Positions 1-9,719 are shown, counted from the first letter of the stretch. The stretch is DNA of 64,000 nt from Candidatus Auribacterota bacterium (GCA_026392035.1 JAPLCX010000083.1:4597-68596); one strand, 5' to 3'. The notes: generated from the letters alone by a model not told the origin. Numbers and translations are program-made.

Positions 1-8
1 AATCGCGC

Positions 9-911
9 TCACTCGAAATGCGAGAGGGGCATGAACTCGCGGTAGCGCTCGCCTATCGCTTTCTCCGTGAGCGTCTTCATCCTGTCGAGGCTGAAATCCT
101 CGACGTTGAACGAGGCCATCACGCTCCCGTAGATCACCGCCTGGCGCATGGTATTCCATTCAGTGTTCCCCGCCCGCGACAGGTGCCCCATGAATCCGCC
201 GGCGAATGTATCGCCTGCCCCCGTGGGATCAATGATGTTTTCCATCGGGTACGCGGGCGCCGCGAAGATGTGGCCGTCGCCGAACAGCAGCGCGCCATGC
301 TCGCCCTTCTTGATGACCACCCACTCCGGACCCCACTCCCTGATCATCCTTCCCGCACGCACGAGGTTCGGCTGGCGCGTGAGCTGCCTCGCCTCCGCCT
401 CATTGAGCACGGCCACATCCACCATGCCCAGGAGCTTGAGGAGGGTATCCCGCTTCCCGTCGATCCAGAAATTCATGGTATCGCACGCCACGAGCCTAGG
501 CCGCTCGATCTGCCCGAGCACTTCCATCTGGAGATCGGGATCGATGTTGGCGAGAAAAACGCACTCGCTCTTCTTGTATTCCTCGGGGATCTCGGGCTTG
601 AAATTTTGGAACACGTTGAGGCATGTCGAGTGGGTTATCGCGGTGTTCATGTCATATCCGTAGGCTCCCACCCAGTGGAATGTCTCGCCGTCCAGCACCC
701 GTAACCCCCGCGTATCTATCCCGCGGGATTTGAGGAGCTCGATGTGCTCACGGGGGAAATCCTTGCCCACCACCGCGACCATATTGACCCGGTCAAAAAA
801 GCTCGCCGAGAAAGAGAAGAACGTCGCTGAACCGCCGAGCGTGCGCTCCCGCTTGCCGAACGGGGTTTCCACCGTATCGAGGGCCACGGAACCGACCACG
901 AGAATGCTCAC
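9..911 (-). CDS. PfkB-family carbohydrate kinase (ribokinase-like; possibly heptose-7-phosphate kinase HldA)
   Basis: 300-aa ORF with C-terminal DPTGAGDTFAGGF anion-hole motif typical of PfkB/ribokinase kinases; start overlaps thiC stop by 4 nt. Confidence 0.75.
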   Translation of the reverse strand: MSILVVGSVALDTVETPFGKRERTLGGSATFFSFSASFFDRVNMVAVVGKDFPREHIELLKSRGIDTRGLRVLDGETFHWVGAYGYDMNTAITHSTCLNVFQNFKPEIPEEYKKSECVFLANIDPDLQMEVLGQIERPRLVACDTMNFWIDGKRDTLLKLLGMVDVAVLNEAEARQLTRQPNLVRAGRMIREWGPEWVVIKKGEHGALLFGDGHIFAAPAYPMENIIDPTGAGDTFAGGFMGHLSRAGNTEWNTMRQAVIYGSVMASFNVEDFSLDRMKTLTEKAIGERYREFMPLSHFE

Positions 912-2287
912 TCAACCTCCTCAGTTTGGGATTTGGGACCCGCCTGAGGCGGGTAAATTTGGGACTTGCCCGCCGAATGGCGGGTTTGGGATTTTTTAAA
1001 ATATTCCTCGACCAGCTTTATCGAGCAGTAGTCACCGCACATGGTGCAGACATCCGAGCTGCGCGAAGGGCTCGCTGCACGTATCGATTCGGCCCTGCGC
1101 GTGTCCAGGGCGAGCGCAATCATCCCCTCCCAGTCCCTCTGCTTGCGTTTTTTTGCCATGGCCAGGTCCCAGCCGGCCGCCCCGCGGATGCCCTTGGCGA
1201 TGTCCGCCGCGTGCGCCGCGATTCTCGTCGTGATGACTCCCTCCCTCACATCCGCGGGCCCCGGCAGGCCAAGGTGCTCCGTGGAGGTTACGTAGCAGAG
1301 GTAATCCGCGCCGGCACTCGCCGCGATCGCTCCGCCGATGGCCGAGGTGATGTGATCATACCCGGGGGCCACATCGGTCACCAGCGGCCCGAGGACGTAG
1401 AACGGCGCGCCATGACAGACCTCTTTCTCGAGCTTGACATTTTCCTCGATCTTCCCGATCGGCACGTGCCCCGGTCCCTCAATCATCACCTGCACGCCCT
1501 CCCTCAGCGCGTACGTTTGGAGCTCCCCCAGCGTGATCAATTCCTGAAACTGCGCCCGGTCGTTGGCGTCCGCGAGGCAGCCGGGCCTCATCCCGTCGCC
1601 GAGGCTCAGCGTCATGTCATGCTGCGCGGCGAGCTCGACCAGGCGGCTGAAATCGCTGTAGAGCGGGTTCTCTTTCCCATTGGCGATCATCCATGTCACA
1701 AGAAACGCTCCCCCGCGGCTCACCACGTCCAGGATGCGCCCCTCTCGCTTGAGCCGCTCGAGGGCCGAAAGGGTCACGCCGCAGTGGACAGTGATGAAAT
1801 CCACTCCATCCACCCCATGCTCCTCGATGGCGGCGAACATCTCGTCAGCGGTCATGCTCCCGATGCCGCCCCCGGCCCTGGCGCGACGTACCGCCGCCTG
1901 ATATATGGGGACCGTCCCGAGCGGAACGGTGCACGCGGCGAGCAGTTTCCTCCGTATCCCGGGCAGGTCGCCCCCCGTGGAGAGATCCATCACCGTATCG
2001 GCGAGCGCGTCGAGGGCCGCGTCGAGCTTCTCGCGTTCACGCGCCTCGTCCGCAACATCCATCGAGGTGCCGATGTTCGCGTTGACCTTCGTCCTCAACC
2101 CCTTCCCGATTCCGCACTGTCGGGCGATCCGATGGCGTCGGTTGTGGGGTATTACCACCGTGCCCCCGGCGACGGATTCCATGAGGGCCTCTGGAGGCAC
2201 ACCCTCGATCTCGGCCACCGCCCGCACCTCCTCGGTCAGATTGCCGCGCTTCGCCTCGACAACCTGCAGGATTTTTTTGTTCTTCAT
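908..2287 (-). CDS. thiC: phosphomethylpyrimidine synthase ThiC
   Basis: 459-aa ORF, ThiC-like along its length, with CTMCGDYCS cysteine cluster near the C-terminus; the last ~27 codons are encoded by a TTTGGGA repeat element. Confidence 0.9.
   Translation of the reverse strand: MKNKKILQVVEAKRGNLTEEVRAVAEIEGVPPEALMESVAGGTVVIPHNRRHRIARQCGIGKGLRTKVNANIGTSMDVADEAREREKLDAALDALADTVMDLSTGGDLPGIRRKLLAACTVPLGTVPIYQAAVRRARAGGGIGSMTADEMFAAIEEHGVDGVDFITVHCGVTLSALERLKREGRILDVVSRGGAFLVTWMIANGKENPLYSDFSRLVELAAQHDMTLSLGDGMRPGCLADANDRAQFQELITLGELQTYALREGVQVMIEGPGHVPIGKIEENVKLEKEVCHGAPFYVLGPLVTDVAPGYDHITSAIGGAIAASAGADYLCYVTSTEHLGLPGPADVREGVITTRIAAHAADIAKGIRGAAGWDLAMAKKRKQRDWEGMIALALDTRRAESIRAASPSRSSDVCTMCGDYCSIKLVEEYFKKSQTRHSAGKSQIYPPQAGPKSQTEEVE
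925..997. repeat. TTTGGGA heptamer repeat element, copy A (two heptamers, GC hairpin, heptamer, GC hairpin, heptamer)
   Basis: tttgggatttggga-cccgcctgaggcggg-...-tttggga-cttgcccgccgaatggcggg-tttggga; provides the last codons and stop of thiC. Confidence 0.7.
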
Positions 2288-2296
2288 ATATCAATT

Positions 2297-2347
2297 TTCA
2301 CCACGGACCTGCCTGCCGGCGGGCAGGGACACGGAGTGCACGGAGAA
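2297..2347. repeat. CACGGAG-repeat / CCTGCCTGCCGGC(A/G)GGCAGG palindrome element, copy 1
   Basis: ttcaccacgg-acctgcctgccggcgggcaggga-cacggag-tgcacggag, between thiE stop and thiC start. Confidence 0.65.
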
Positions 2348-2400
2348 GTAGAATTTAAGATGTTTTTATCTCCGCGTCATTCGTATCTCCGTGGTGCATA

Positions 2401-3039
2401 TTATTTCTCTCTAAATGCTCTTATTTCTTCCAGGAGGGCGCGGGCGACCGCAGCGGGATCAGGGGCGGATAGTATTGCCGAAGCCACCGCGATTCCCGTC
2501 GCGCCCGCACCCAGGACGTCGCTTACCCGTGGGCGCGTGATGCCCCCGACGGCGATCACCGGGAGCTTTACCCTCCGGGTTATCTCGGCGAGCCTCGCCA
2601 CTCCGACAACGCGCGCATCCGGCTTCGTGCGCGTTTGATATATCGCGCCGACACCAAGATAATCGGCCCCCTCGGCCTCAGCCCTCTCTGCCTCTTCCAC
2701 CAGCCGCGTGCTGCAACCGATGATCTTATCTTTCCCGAGGGTGCGCCGCGCCGCGACGACGGCCATATCGCCCTGGCCGAGGTGAACCCCATCGGCGCCG
2801 AGACGTGATGCGATATCCGCGCGATCATTCACAATGAGCCGAGCGCCAGCCTCTCGGCAGAGGGGGAGCATGCTGCTGACCGCGCGAGCGATTTCACCGT
2901 CTCCCGAGCACTTGTCCCTGTACTGGAACCACCTCACACCGGCATTGATGAGGGAATAGACTAGATCCTCTAGTCCCTTTTTAATGTATATTCCCCTATC
3001 GATAATCACACATAGATTAAAGGAAGGCACTACTATCAT
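2401..3039 (-). CDS. thiE: thiamine-phosphate synthase ThiE
   Basis: ORF extends to 3177, but ThiE-like sequence (LCVIIDRG..., VGAIYQTRTKP, IAVGGI) starts at Met-47 (ATG at 3039); the upstream codons span a hairpin-rich leader and do not look protein-like. Confidence 0.8.
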   Translation of the reverse strand: MIVVPSFNLCVIIDRGIYIKKGLEDLVYSLINAGVRWFQYRDKCSGDGEIARAVSSMLPLCREAGARLIVNDRADIASRLGADGVHLGQGDMAVVAARRTLGKDKIIGCSTRLVEEAERAEAEGADYLGVGAIYQTRTKPDARVVGVARLAEITRRVKLPVIAVGGITRPRVSDVLGAGATGIAVASAILSAPDPAAVARALLEEIRAFREK

Positions 3040-3082
3040 ATCTCGATTTTTTACGCGACACCGTTGAAGCTTTTTCACTCGC

Positions 3083-3153
3083 CTGTAGGGGCTTGATTTA
3101 TCAAGCCCGTCACCCATATATAATGCGGGTTCGATAAATCGAACCCCTACAAT
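3083..3153 (-). ncRNA. thiE leader with twin near-identical 9-bp hairpins and a competing outer stem (candidate cis-regulatory RNA; not a recognisable TPP riboswitch)
   Basis: Minus-strand RNA: GUAGGGG-[GGGUUCGAU uu AUCGAACCC]-gcauuauauaugggugac-[GGGCUUGAU aa AUCAAGCCC]-CUACAGG. Confidence 0.35.
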
Positions 3154-3188
3154 GAGAGACATATAATTCTGAAACAATAATCCCTAAT

Positions 3189-3686
3189 CTATTTCTTGGT
3201 TTTGATCACAATACCTATATCTTTAATTTCCTCTATGATACCTGTGGTGGACCGCCCTTTCACGAGAGGGATAATCGCCACGCGCCCTCCTGACGCTTCA
3301 ACTATTTCTTTCCCCACGACTTCCTCCGCCCGATAGTCCCCCCCCTTTACAAGAATATCCGGCCTGAGTTCCGCGATGAGCTCTGCGGGGGTATCCTCGC
3401 CGAAAACCGTCACGTAGTCAACCATCTCAAGCGCCGCGAGCACCTCCGCCCGCTCACGCTCCCCGACAAGGGGGCGGCCTGCGCCCTTCAGCCGCCGCAC
3501 CGACCTGTCGCTGTTCATGCCGATCACCAGGATGTCACCCAGCGCTCTCGCCTCACTGAGATAGCGCACGTGCCCCACGTGGAGAATGTCAAAACAGCCG
3601 TTGGTGAACACAACGCGCCTCCCCGCACGCTGGAGTTTCCGCACGATGGCGCGGAGCTTCGTCCTACTCGCTATTTTATCCTTCAT
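3189..3686 (-). CDS. D-glycero-beta-D-manno-heptose-1-phosphate adenylyltransferase (RfaE domain II / HldC-like cytidylyltransferase fold)
   Basis: [12 protein letters not shown] nucleotidyltransferase motif and ...DILVKGGDY...; ORF continues to 3758, likely start at Met-25. Confidence 0.75.
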   Translation of the reverse strand: MKDKIASRTKLRAIVRKLQRAGRRVVFTNGCFDILHVGHVRYLSEARALGDILVIGMNSDRSVRRLKGAGRPLVGERERAEVLAALEMVDYVTVFGEDTPAELIAELRPDILVKGGDYRAEEVVGKEIVEASGGRVAIIPLVKGRSTTGIIEEIKDIGIVIKTKK

Positions 3687-3888
3687 GGGTTTATTACTCG
3701 GACACATGAACGCGCCTAGATAGCTGGAACACGATGATGCGGGTAACAGCGTGGCCACTCGTAGATTACAATCCCCGATGTCCCCCCTGTATCGTAGCGC
3801 ACCCTTAAGGGTGCGCTACAGACTTAAACGATGTGAGAGCCCGCGCCTATCGATTCATGATCCGGGGCACCACCGGACATTTCTGCTT

Positions 3889-4455
3889 TTAGAAGAGCGC
3901 CTTCTCGATCAGGGAGCAGAGTATATGACCGATCGCCCCATGCACCTCCTGGATGCGGGGAGAGACGTCTGAGGGGACCATGACACAGAGATCGGCGGCC
4001 CGCGCGAGCCTTCCGCCGCCCTTGCCGCTCAAGGCGATCACCTTCATTTTCAATCGCCTGGCCTGCTCGACAGCCTTGAGGATGTTGGGAGAGTTGCCGC
4101 TCGTGGATATCGCGAGCAAGACGTCCCCCTCCCTGCCGTGGGCCAGCACCTGGCGCGCGAATATTTCCTCGTACCCGTAGTCGTTCCCGATGGCGGTGAG
4201 CACCGAGGTGTCAGTGGTCAGGGCGATGCAGCTCAGGGGCTCCCGCTCCTTGAGGAACCGCCCCACCAGCTCACCCGCCAGATGCTGTGCGTCAGCGGCG
4301 CTGCCTCCATTCCCGCAGATGAGCAGCGTGCCGTTCTGACGGTACGATTCGATTACGAGTTCGGCCATCCGGCAGATGGTATCAGCCGATTCCCGCGCCA
4401 CCCTCGACGCGAGAGAAGCCGACTCCTCGAGCTGTGCCGCTATGTCCTTTTTCAT
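3889..4455 (-). CDS. gmhA: phosphoheptose isomerase (SIS domain)
   Basis: LICGNGGSAADAQH and ISTSGNSPN SIS-domain motifs; ORF extends to 4485, start probably MKKDIAAQLEE (Met-11). Confidence 0.8.
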   Translation of the reverse strand: MKKDIAAQLEESASLASRVARESADTICRMAELVIESYRQNGTLLICGNGGSAADAQHLAGELVGRFLKEREPLSCIALTTDTSVLTAIGNDYGYEEIFARQVLAHGREGDVLLAISTSGNSPNILKAVEQARRLKMKVIALSGKGGGRLARAADLCVMVPSDVSPRIQEVHGAIGHILCSLIEKALF

Positions 4456-4456
4456 C

Positions 4457-5482
4457 TCAGATGAAGAACATGCGCGCTTCGTCATAGAGCTCCCTTGGCA
4501 CCGTCCTCAGCTTTGCAACCGCGTCAGCGAGGGGGACGGACACCACCTCGTTACCCCTCAGGCTCACCATCCTGCCGAACGCGCCCTGCATGATCAACCC
4601 GACGGCGTGAACCCCGAAGCGGAGGCCGATGAATCGGTCGAGGGCGGTCGGGCTGCCTCCGCGCTGGAGGTGCCCCAGGACCACGCAGCGGGTCTCGTAC
4701 CCCGTGCGCTTCTCTATCTCCCATGCCAACCGCTCACCGATGCCGCCGAGCCTGACATGGCCAAAGGCGTCCCGTTCCTCGGTCTGCAGCGCCACGCTAC
4801 CCCCGAGCTCAGCCCCCTCCGCGACGGCCACAATGCTGAAATCGGCGTAGTGCTCGTGCCGCTCCCTGAGCACGCGGCAGAGATCATCCAGATCGGCCTT
4901 GACCTCGGGGATGAGGATGTAGCTGGCGGCGCCCGCCAGGCCTGCCCAGATGGTGATCCACCCCGCGTGCCGCCCCATAATCTCAACAACCATCACGCGC
5001 TCGTGTGATTCCGCGGTTGTCTTCAAGCGGTCGCACGCCTCCATGGCGGTGTTGACGGCGGTGTCAAAACCGAATGTCCTGTCCGTCCCCGACAGGTCGT
5101 TGTCGATTGTCTTGGGCACGCCCACCGCGGGAAGGCCTGCCTCAGACAACCTCTTGGCGGCCCCGAGCGTGTCATCGCCGCCAACCGCCACGAGGGCGTG
5201 AAGCCCCATCTTCTTGAAGTTGTCCATTACCAGGCGAATCTGATCATCGCTCTCGCATGGATTGGTGCGTGATGTACGGAGGATTGTCCCGCCCTGGCAC
5301 ACAATGCCGAGGATGTCCTTCATCGAAAGCTCAACCCGGTCACACTCCAGCATGCCTCGCCAGCCGTGCCGTATCCCCAGAACCCTGTACCCCTCAACCG
5401 TGGCTCTGCGCACCACCCCCGCGATCACCGCATTCAATCCGGGGCAGTCGCCGCCCCCCGTCAGAATCCCTATTGTCTTCAT
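4457..5482 (-). CDS. pfkA: 6-phosphofructokinase
   Basis: GILTGGGDCPGLN, GGDDTL and MGRHAGW motifs; ORF extends to 5575, start likely Met-32 (MKTIGILTGGG). Confidence 0.85.
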   Translation of the reverse strand: MKTIGILTGGGDCPGLNAVIAGVVRRATVEGYRVLGIRHGWRGMLECDRVELSMKDILGIVCQGGTILRTSRTNPCESDDQIRLVMDNFKKMGLHALVAVGGDDTLGAAKRLSEAGLPAVGVPKTIDNDLSGTDRTFGFDTAVNTAMEACDRLKTTAESHERVMVVEIMGRHAGWITIWAGLAGAASYILIPEVKADLDDLCRVLRERHEHYADFSIVAVAEGAELGGSVALQTEERDAFGHVRLGGIGERLAWEIEKRTGYETRCVVLGHLQRGGSPTALDRFIGLRFGVHAVGLIMQGAFGRMVSLRGNEVVSVPLADAVAKLRTVPRELYDEARMFFI

Positions 5483-5561
5483 GCCAACTCCCCCTACTGG
5501 ATAATGACAGATGACAAAGCGCAAAGAACAAATATTATTTGATCCGTTGTTCTGTCGCTCG

Positions 5562-6125
5562 TCAGAGCTGCTCATCCGCTGATTCGGCTGCCTCTTCGCC
5601 GCTGCCCACGATCTTCCCTATGCTCACGCCCACATAGCTCACATTGATGCCCAGGGAGTCCTGAACCTTCGTCTTGACGGCATTCTGCATCTCCTCGCTC
5701 AGCCTGGGGATGTTCGTTCCCGCCCACACATCGAGGCGGATGTCGATGCCGATCCCCTCCGGCCCAGCGTGGATCCTCGGCACCAGACTCTTTATCCCAT
5801 GGAACTCGCTCCCGCTGCGCTTGATAAAGTCCTCAACCGCATCCATCGAAATGGCCACCTCGCCTCCGGGGTTGTCAAAAGCGATGCACTGCTCCCGCCT
5901 GAGCTCCCTCATCTTCAGCATAATCATACCGGCACCGATCGCAAGGAGCGCCAGGCCCAATCGCCAGTTCCAGGGGCTAGAGCTGAAAAGCCGCACCGTG
6001 GCCACGAGATCAAAGGGCATCGCGACGATACCCTTCTCAGCGAGGAACGCCCAGATAAAAATGACGCCGAGGAAGAGTGAACCCGCGATAAATATCACCA
6101 CAATGACCGGCCGTATCAGTTTCAT
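5562..6125 (-). CDS. membrane protein with Asp23/Gls24-like soluble domain (hypothetical)
   Basis: 187 aa with two N-terminal hydrophobic helices and an acidic C-terminal tail; family assignment from memory only. Confidence 0.4.
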   Translation of the reverse strand: MKLIRPVIVVIFIAGSLFLGVIFIWAFLAEKGIVAMPFDLVATVRLFSSSPWNWRLGLALLAIGAGMIMLKMRELRREQCIAFDNPGGEVAISMDAVEDFIKRSGSEFHGIKSLVPRIHAGPEGIGIDIRLDVWAGTNIPRLSEEMQNAVKTKVQDSLGINVSYVGVSIGKIVGSGEEAAESADEQL

Positions 6126-6216
6126 TTCGCCTTCTCCCGTTGTATAGTATCACACACCAGAACGCCCGCGTGCCTGCCGCCGCGGTGCGCACGGAGTGCC
6201 CACGCGGCGAGACCAC

Positions 6217-7578
6217 CTACGCCCTCTTCTTCTTCTGCACCTCAACAAGTTCGTCGACAAAATCCGTGTAATATTTGCCTCTGCGGAACCGTGGGTCGCT
6301 CAGGATGAGCCGGTGCAGGGGGATCGTTGTCTTCACTCCTTCAATGATATACTCGTCGAGCGCCCGCCGCATCCGGTTGATCGCGCTCTCCCTGCTGTGC
6401 CCGACGCAGATGACCTTGCCCACCATCGAATCGTAGTATGAGGGGATCTCATAGCCGGCATACACATGGGAATCCACGCGAACCCCCGGTCCCCCGGGGG
6501 CACTGTAGGCTGTTACCCTCCCGGCACAGGGAGCAAAGTCTCTCTCCCAATCCTCAGCGTTGACGCGGCACTCAATCGCGTGGCCGAAAAGAACCACGCC
6601 ACTCTGCTGGAGCTTGAGCGCCTCGCCCTGGGCGATTCGCACCTGCTCCTTCACAATGTCAACCTGCGTGACAATCTCCGTCACGGGGTGCTCCACCTGA
6701 ATGCGCGTATTCATCTCAAGAAAATAGAAATAGTCATCCCTGTCGAGCAGGAATTCAACCGTCCCCGCGCTCACGTACCCGATCGCCTCCGCCACGCGCA
6801 CCGCCGCGCGCCCCATCTTCGCGCGCAGCCTGGGGGAGAGCCTGGGCGATGGCGATTCCTCGATGAGCTTCTGGTACCGCCGCTGAATGCTGCAATCCCT
6901 CTCATTGAGGTGAATCACGTTCCCGTGCGTATCCGCGAGAATCTGCACCTCTACATGCCGGGTACGATCGAGCCGCTTCTCGATGTAGACGGCGGGATTC
7001 CCGAAGCCGGCCTCCGATTCCGCCTGGGCAGTGAGGAACGCATTGGCGAGGCTCACGTCGTTATGAGCCATCCGCATCCCCCGGCCGCCGCCGCCGGCGA
7101 CCGCCTTGATCATTACCGGATAGCCGATCCGCCTGGCCACGGCGAGCGCATTGTCGCGATCGCTCACCACACCCTCGCTGCCCGGCAGTATGGAGATGCC
7201 CGCTTTTTTCACCGTCTTGAGGGCTTCCACCTTATCGCCCATCAGCCGCATATTCTCAGGCCTCGGCCCGATGAACCTGATGCCGCAGCTCTCGCATATT
7301 TCGGCGAAATGCGCGTTCTCCGCCAGGAAGCCGTAACCCGGATGGATGGCTTCGACATCCGCGATCTCCGCGGCGCTGATGATCGCGGCGATATTCAGAT
7401 AACTCTTCGCGCTCTGCGCCGGGCCGATGCATATCGCCTCATCGGCCTGCCGGACATGCATGGAATTCACATCCGCTTCTGAGTACACCGCCACCGTGCG
7501 GATCCCGAGTTCCTTGCACGCCCGGATGATCCGAAGGGCAATCTCGCCACGGTTTGCGATCAAAATCTTTTCGAACAT
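6217..7578 (-). CDS. accC: acetyl-CoA carboxylase, biotin carboxylase subunit
   Basis: 453 aa starting [17 protein letters not shown] with ATP-grasp motifs ([17 protein letters not shown]). Confidence 0.95.
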   Translation of the reverse strand: MFEKILIANRGEIALRIIRACKELGIRTVAVYSEADVNSMHVRQADEAICIGPAQSAKSYLNIAAIISAAEIADVEAIHPGYGFLAENAHFAEICESCGIRFIGPRPENMRLMGDKVEALKTVKKAGISILPGSEGVVSDRDNALAVARRIGYPVMIKAVAGGGGRGMRMAHNDVSLANAFLTAQAESEAGFGNPAVYIEKRLDRTRHVEVQILADTHGNVIHLNERDCSIQRRYQKLIEESPSPRLSPRLRAKMGRAAVRVAEAIGYVSAGTVEFLLDRDDYFYFLEMNTRIQVEHPVTEIVTQVDIVKEQVRIAQGEALKLQQSGVVLFGHAIECRVNAEDWERDFAPCAGRVTAYSAPGGPGVRVDSHVYAGYEIPSYYDSMVGKVICVGHSRESAINRMRRALDEYIIEGVKTTIPLHRLILSDPRFRRGKYYTDFVDELVEVQKKKRA

Positions 7579-7629
7579 ACCCTCACCTCAGCGCGGCGCT
7601 CGCAGATTACTTCGAGCGCGCAATCGCGC

Positions 7630-8076
7630 TCATCCCACGCTGATCCTGAAGAGCTTTTTCCCAAACTCGACCGCCTCTCCGTTTTCCACGAACGCCTCGA
7701 GGATTTTACCCTTCCTCTCTGACTTGATCTCGTTCATGACCTTCATCGCCTCGATGATACAGACAACCGTCTCTCCGTCAACTTCCTGGCCGACCTCCAC
7801 AAAGGGGCGGGAGTCAAGGGAGGGCGCAGAATAAAAAGTCCCGACCATCGGTGAGACGATGAACGCGCCCTCCGGTTCCTTGGTCCCCACGGTCGGAGGG
7901 GGGGGAGACGACACCCCCGGTGCGATCGGCAATGCAACCTGCGTGATCGCCGGGCCCTTTTCGAACTGCGGCCCCTTCCTGATAGAGAGCTTGAAACCCT
8001 CCCGCTCGATCACAAACTCGGTAATCTCATTCTCGTTCATGAGCGTGACAATATCCTTGATCTCTTTTATGTTCAT
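7630..8076 (-). CDS. accB: acetyl-CoA carboxylase biotin carboxyl carrier protein
   Basis: EAMKVMNEI biotinyl-lysine motif with Pro/Ala-rich linker; directly upstream of accC; ORF reaches 8124, start likely Met-17. Confidence 0.85.
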   Translation of the reverse strand: MNIKEIKDIVTLMNENEITEFVIEREGFKLSIRKGPQFEKGPAITQVALPIAPGVSSPPPPTVGTKEPEGAFIVSPMVGTFYSAPSLDSRPFVEVGQEVDGETVVCIIEAMKVMNEIKSERKGKILEAFVENGEAVEFGKKLFRISVG

Positions 8077-9164
8077 AGCACACTTTCCTCTATCCCTTTC
8101 GCCGAGGACGTCAACACCCTGCAACCGCCTGCTTCAACCAGCACCATATCCTCGATCCTCACGCCTCCCCACCCGGGCATGTAGATTCCCGGCTCCACGG
8201 TGCACACCATGCCCGCCTCCAGCGTTTCCAGGCTCTTGCGGTTGAGCCGGGGGGCCTCATGCACCTCGAGGCCAAGGCCGTGCCCGAGACCATGCCCGAA
8301 ATGGCGCTCGAATCCCCTCGAAGCGATGTGCTCGCGGGCGCAGGCGTCAACGGACGAGGCTGCTGCCCCTGGTCTAATTTCTTTCAGCGCAAGTTGTTGC
8401 GCTTCCAGCACTATCCCGTAGATCTCACGGTACCGTTTCGTTAATTTACCCAATTGAAATGTGCGAGTCAAGTCGGAATTATACCCGCCCACCTCGAGGC
8501 CGAAATCGATCAGGAGCGGCTTCCCCCGGCTCAGCCTGTACCTGCTGCATCTGTAATGCGGCATGGCGGCTCTCGAACCGGACGCGACAATAGGACGGAA
8601 TGCCAGCGCGTCAGCGCCAGCTGTTCGGGCGTTGTATTCCAGGCGCGTCTCCACCTCTCGCTCCGTCATGCCTGCCCTGATCTCCCCGAGACAGCAGGAG
8701 AGAACATTGTCTGTCATGCGCGCCAGCCGGAGGATCAGTGCGATCTCCTCTTTGTCCTTGAGCATCCTCAGGCGCTCCACCATCGCCCCTGCGGGATAGA
8801 GCCGGCAGGCCCCTGAGAGCGCGCGTTTCATCTCACGGTAACTCCCGTAGGAGAGCGAGGCCGGTTCAAATCCAAGCTGCGTGAGATTAAGACTGCGCAC
8901 CCGCGCGGCGAGCTGTGGGAACAGTTCACCGGCGCCCACCGTCGCCACGTCAAATCCCCGAATCTCTCCGCGGGCCTGAAGCTGGTAGCGGAAATCCGTA
9001 AAGAAGAGGCAGCCCGCTGAGGAGACGAGGCAGCTCGCCGAGCTCCCGGTAAAACCGGTGAGGTAGCGGATATTCGGGATGCTCGTGACGAAGAGGCTCT
9101 CCAGGCCGTGCGATTCCAGAAGCGCGACGAGGCTTTTGAGACGCCTATTGTGTGCCATGCGCAC
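8073..9164 (-). CDS. M24-family Xaa-Pro aminopeptidase/dipeptidase
   Basis: Creatinase-like N-domain followed by a pita-bread fold with [13 protein letters not shown] metal-site motif. Confidence 0.8.
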   Translation of the reverse strand: MRMAHNRRLKSLVALLESHGLESLFVTSIPNIRYLTGFTGSSASCLVSSAGCLFFTDFRYQLQARGEIRGFDVATVGAGELFPQLAARVRSLNLTQLGFEPASLSYGSYREMKRALSGACRLYPAGAMVERLRMLKDKEEIALILRLARMTDNVLSCCLGEIRAGMTEREVETRLEYNARTAGADALAFRPIVASGSRAAMPHYRCSRYRLSRGKPLLIDFGLEVGGYNSDLTRTFQLGKLTKRYREIYGIVLEAQQLALKEIRPGAAASSVDACAREHIASRGFERHFGHGLGHGLGLEVHEAPRLNRKSLETLEAGMVCTVEPGIYMPGWGGVRIEDMVLVEAGGCRVLTSSAKGIEESVL

Positions 9165-9597
9165 GATCTCTCAGGAGGGCCGCGGCGGCTCTAAATCCGA
9201 GGTAGTAGCTCAGCGCCCCGAATCCGGACACCTGCCCGACCGCCACAGGCGCGATGAGCGAGGTGTGGCGGAATTCCTCCCGCGCGTAGATGTTCGAGAG
9301 GTGCACCTCAACCGTGGGGATTTTTACGGAGAGAATGGCGTCCCTGATCGCGACGCTCGTGTGGGTGTAGGCCGCGGGGTTGATGAGAATCGCATCGCAC
9401 GCGCCCATCGCCCTGCCGATTCTGTCCACGATTTCACCCTCGTGGTTAGACTGGAAGATTTCAACGCCAATCCCCTCCTCGGCGGCGATCTTCTCCAGCG
9501 TCGCATCGATCTCCTCAAGGCGCGCATCTCCGTACACGTCCTTTTCCCTCACGCCGAGGAGCTGGAGATTGGGCCCATGGATAACCAGAATTTTCAT
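9145..9597 (-). CDS. aroQ: type II 3-dehydroquinate dehydratase
   Basis: 150 aa, [18 protein letters not shown]...[13 protein letters not shown]; heads the classic aroQ-accBC arrangement. Confidence 0.9.
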   Translation of the reverse strand: MKILVIHGPNLQLLGVREKDVYGDARLEEIDATLEKIAAEEGIGVEIFQSNHEGEIVDRIGRAMGACDAILINPAAYTHTSVAIRDAILSVKIPTVEVHLSNIYAREEFRHTSLIAPVAVGQVSGFGALSYYLGFRAAAALLRDRAHGTQ

Positions 9598-9649
9598 ATC
9601 GTTCTCCCGCGTTTCGCTTCGGTAATGTCAAAAGATATTGTAAAGCAAC

Positions 9650-9719
9650 CACAGATTTCTCTGATTATTTATGCCTTTTCTGAGTAAATCAGTGGTGATT
9701 CATCTGTGGTAACATCCGT
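9650..9719. promoter_or_regulatory. ATC(A/T/C)GTG half-site cluster upstream of aroQ
   Basis: CACAGAT 9650; ATCAGTG 9688, ATCTGTG 9702, ATCCGTA 9714. Confidence 0.35.

Noticed and set aside
925-997. Possible CRISPR-like array (short repeats alternating with unique GC-rich spacers)
   Set aside because: Repeat unit is only 7 bp, copies are few, spacers are hairpins, and no cas genes are present; it behaves as a simple heptamer repeat element.
2288-2400. Expected TPP riboswitch upstream of thiC
   Set aside because: No THI-box hallmarks on either strand; the spacer is occupied by a CACGGAG/palindrome repeat copy, so no riboswitch was called.
926-2638. 570-aa plus-strand ORF
   Set aside because: Lies antisense to thiC and thiE, which have strong homology. 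Long antisense ORFs are expected in high-GC DNA, and the protein is Arg/Pro/Ala-rich and low-complexity.
3040-3177. N-terminal 46-codon extension of the thiE ORF (MFQNYMSLIVGVRFIEP...)
   Set aside because: Covers the twin-hairpin leader, has no ThiE homology and an atypical composition; treated as 5' leader, with the CDS start moved to 3039.
6466-7482. 338-aa plus-strand ORF
   Set aside because: Antisense to accC (unambiguous biotin carboxylase); high-GC artefact.
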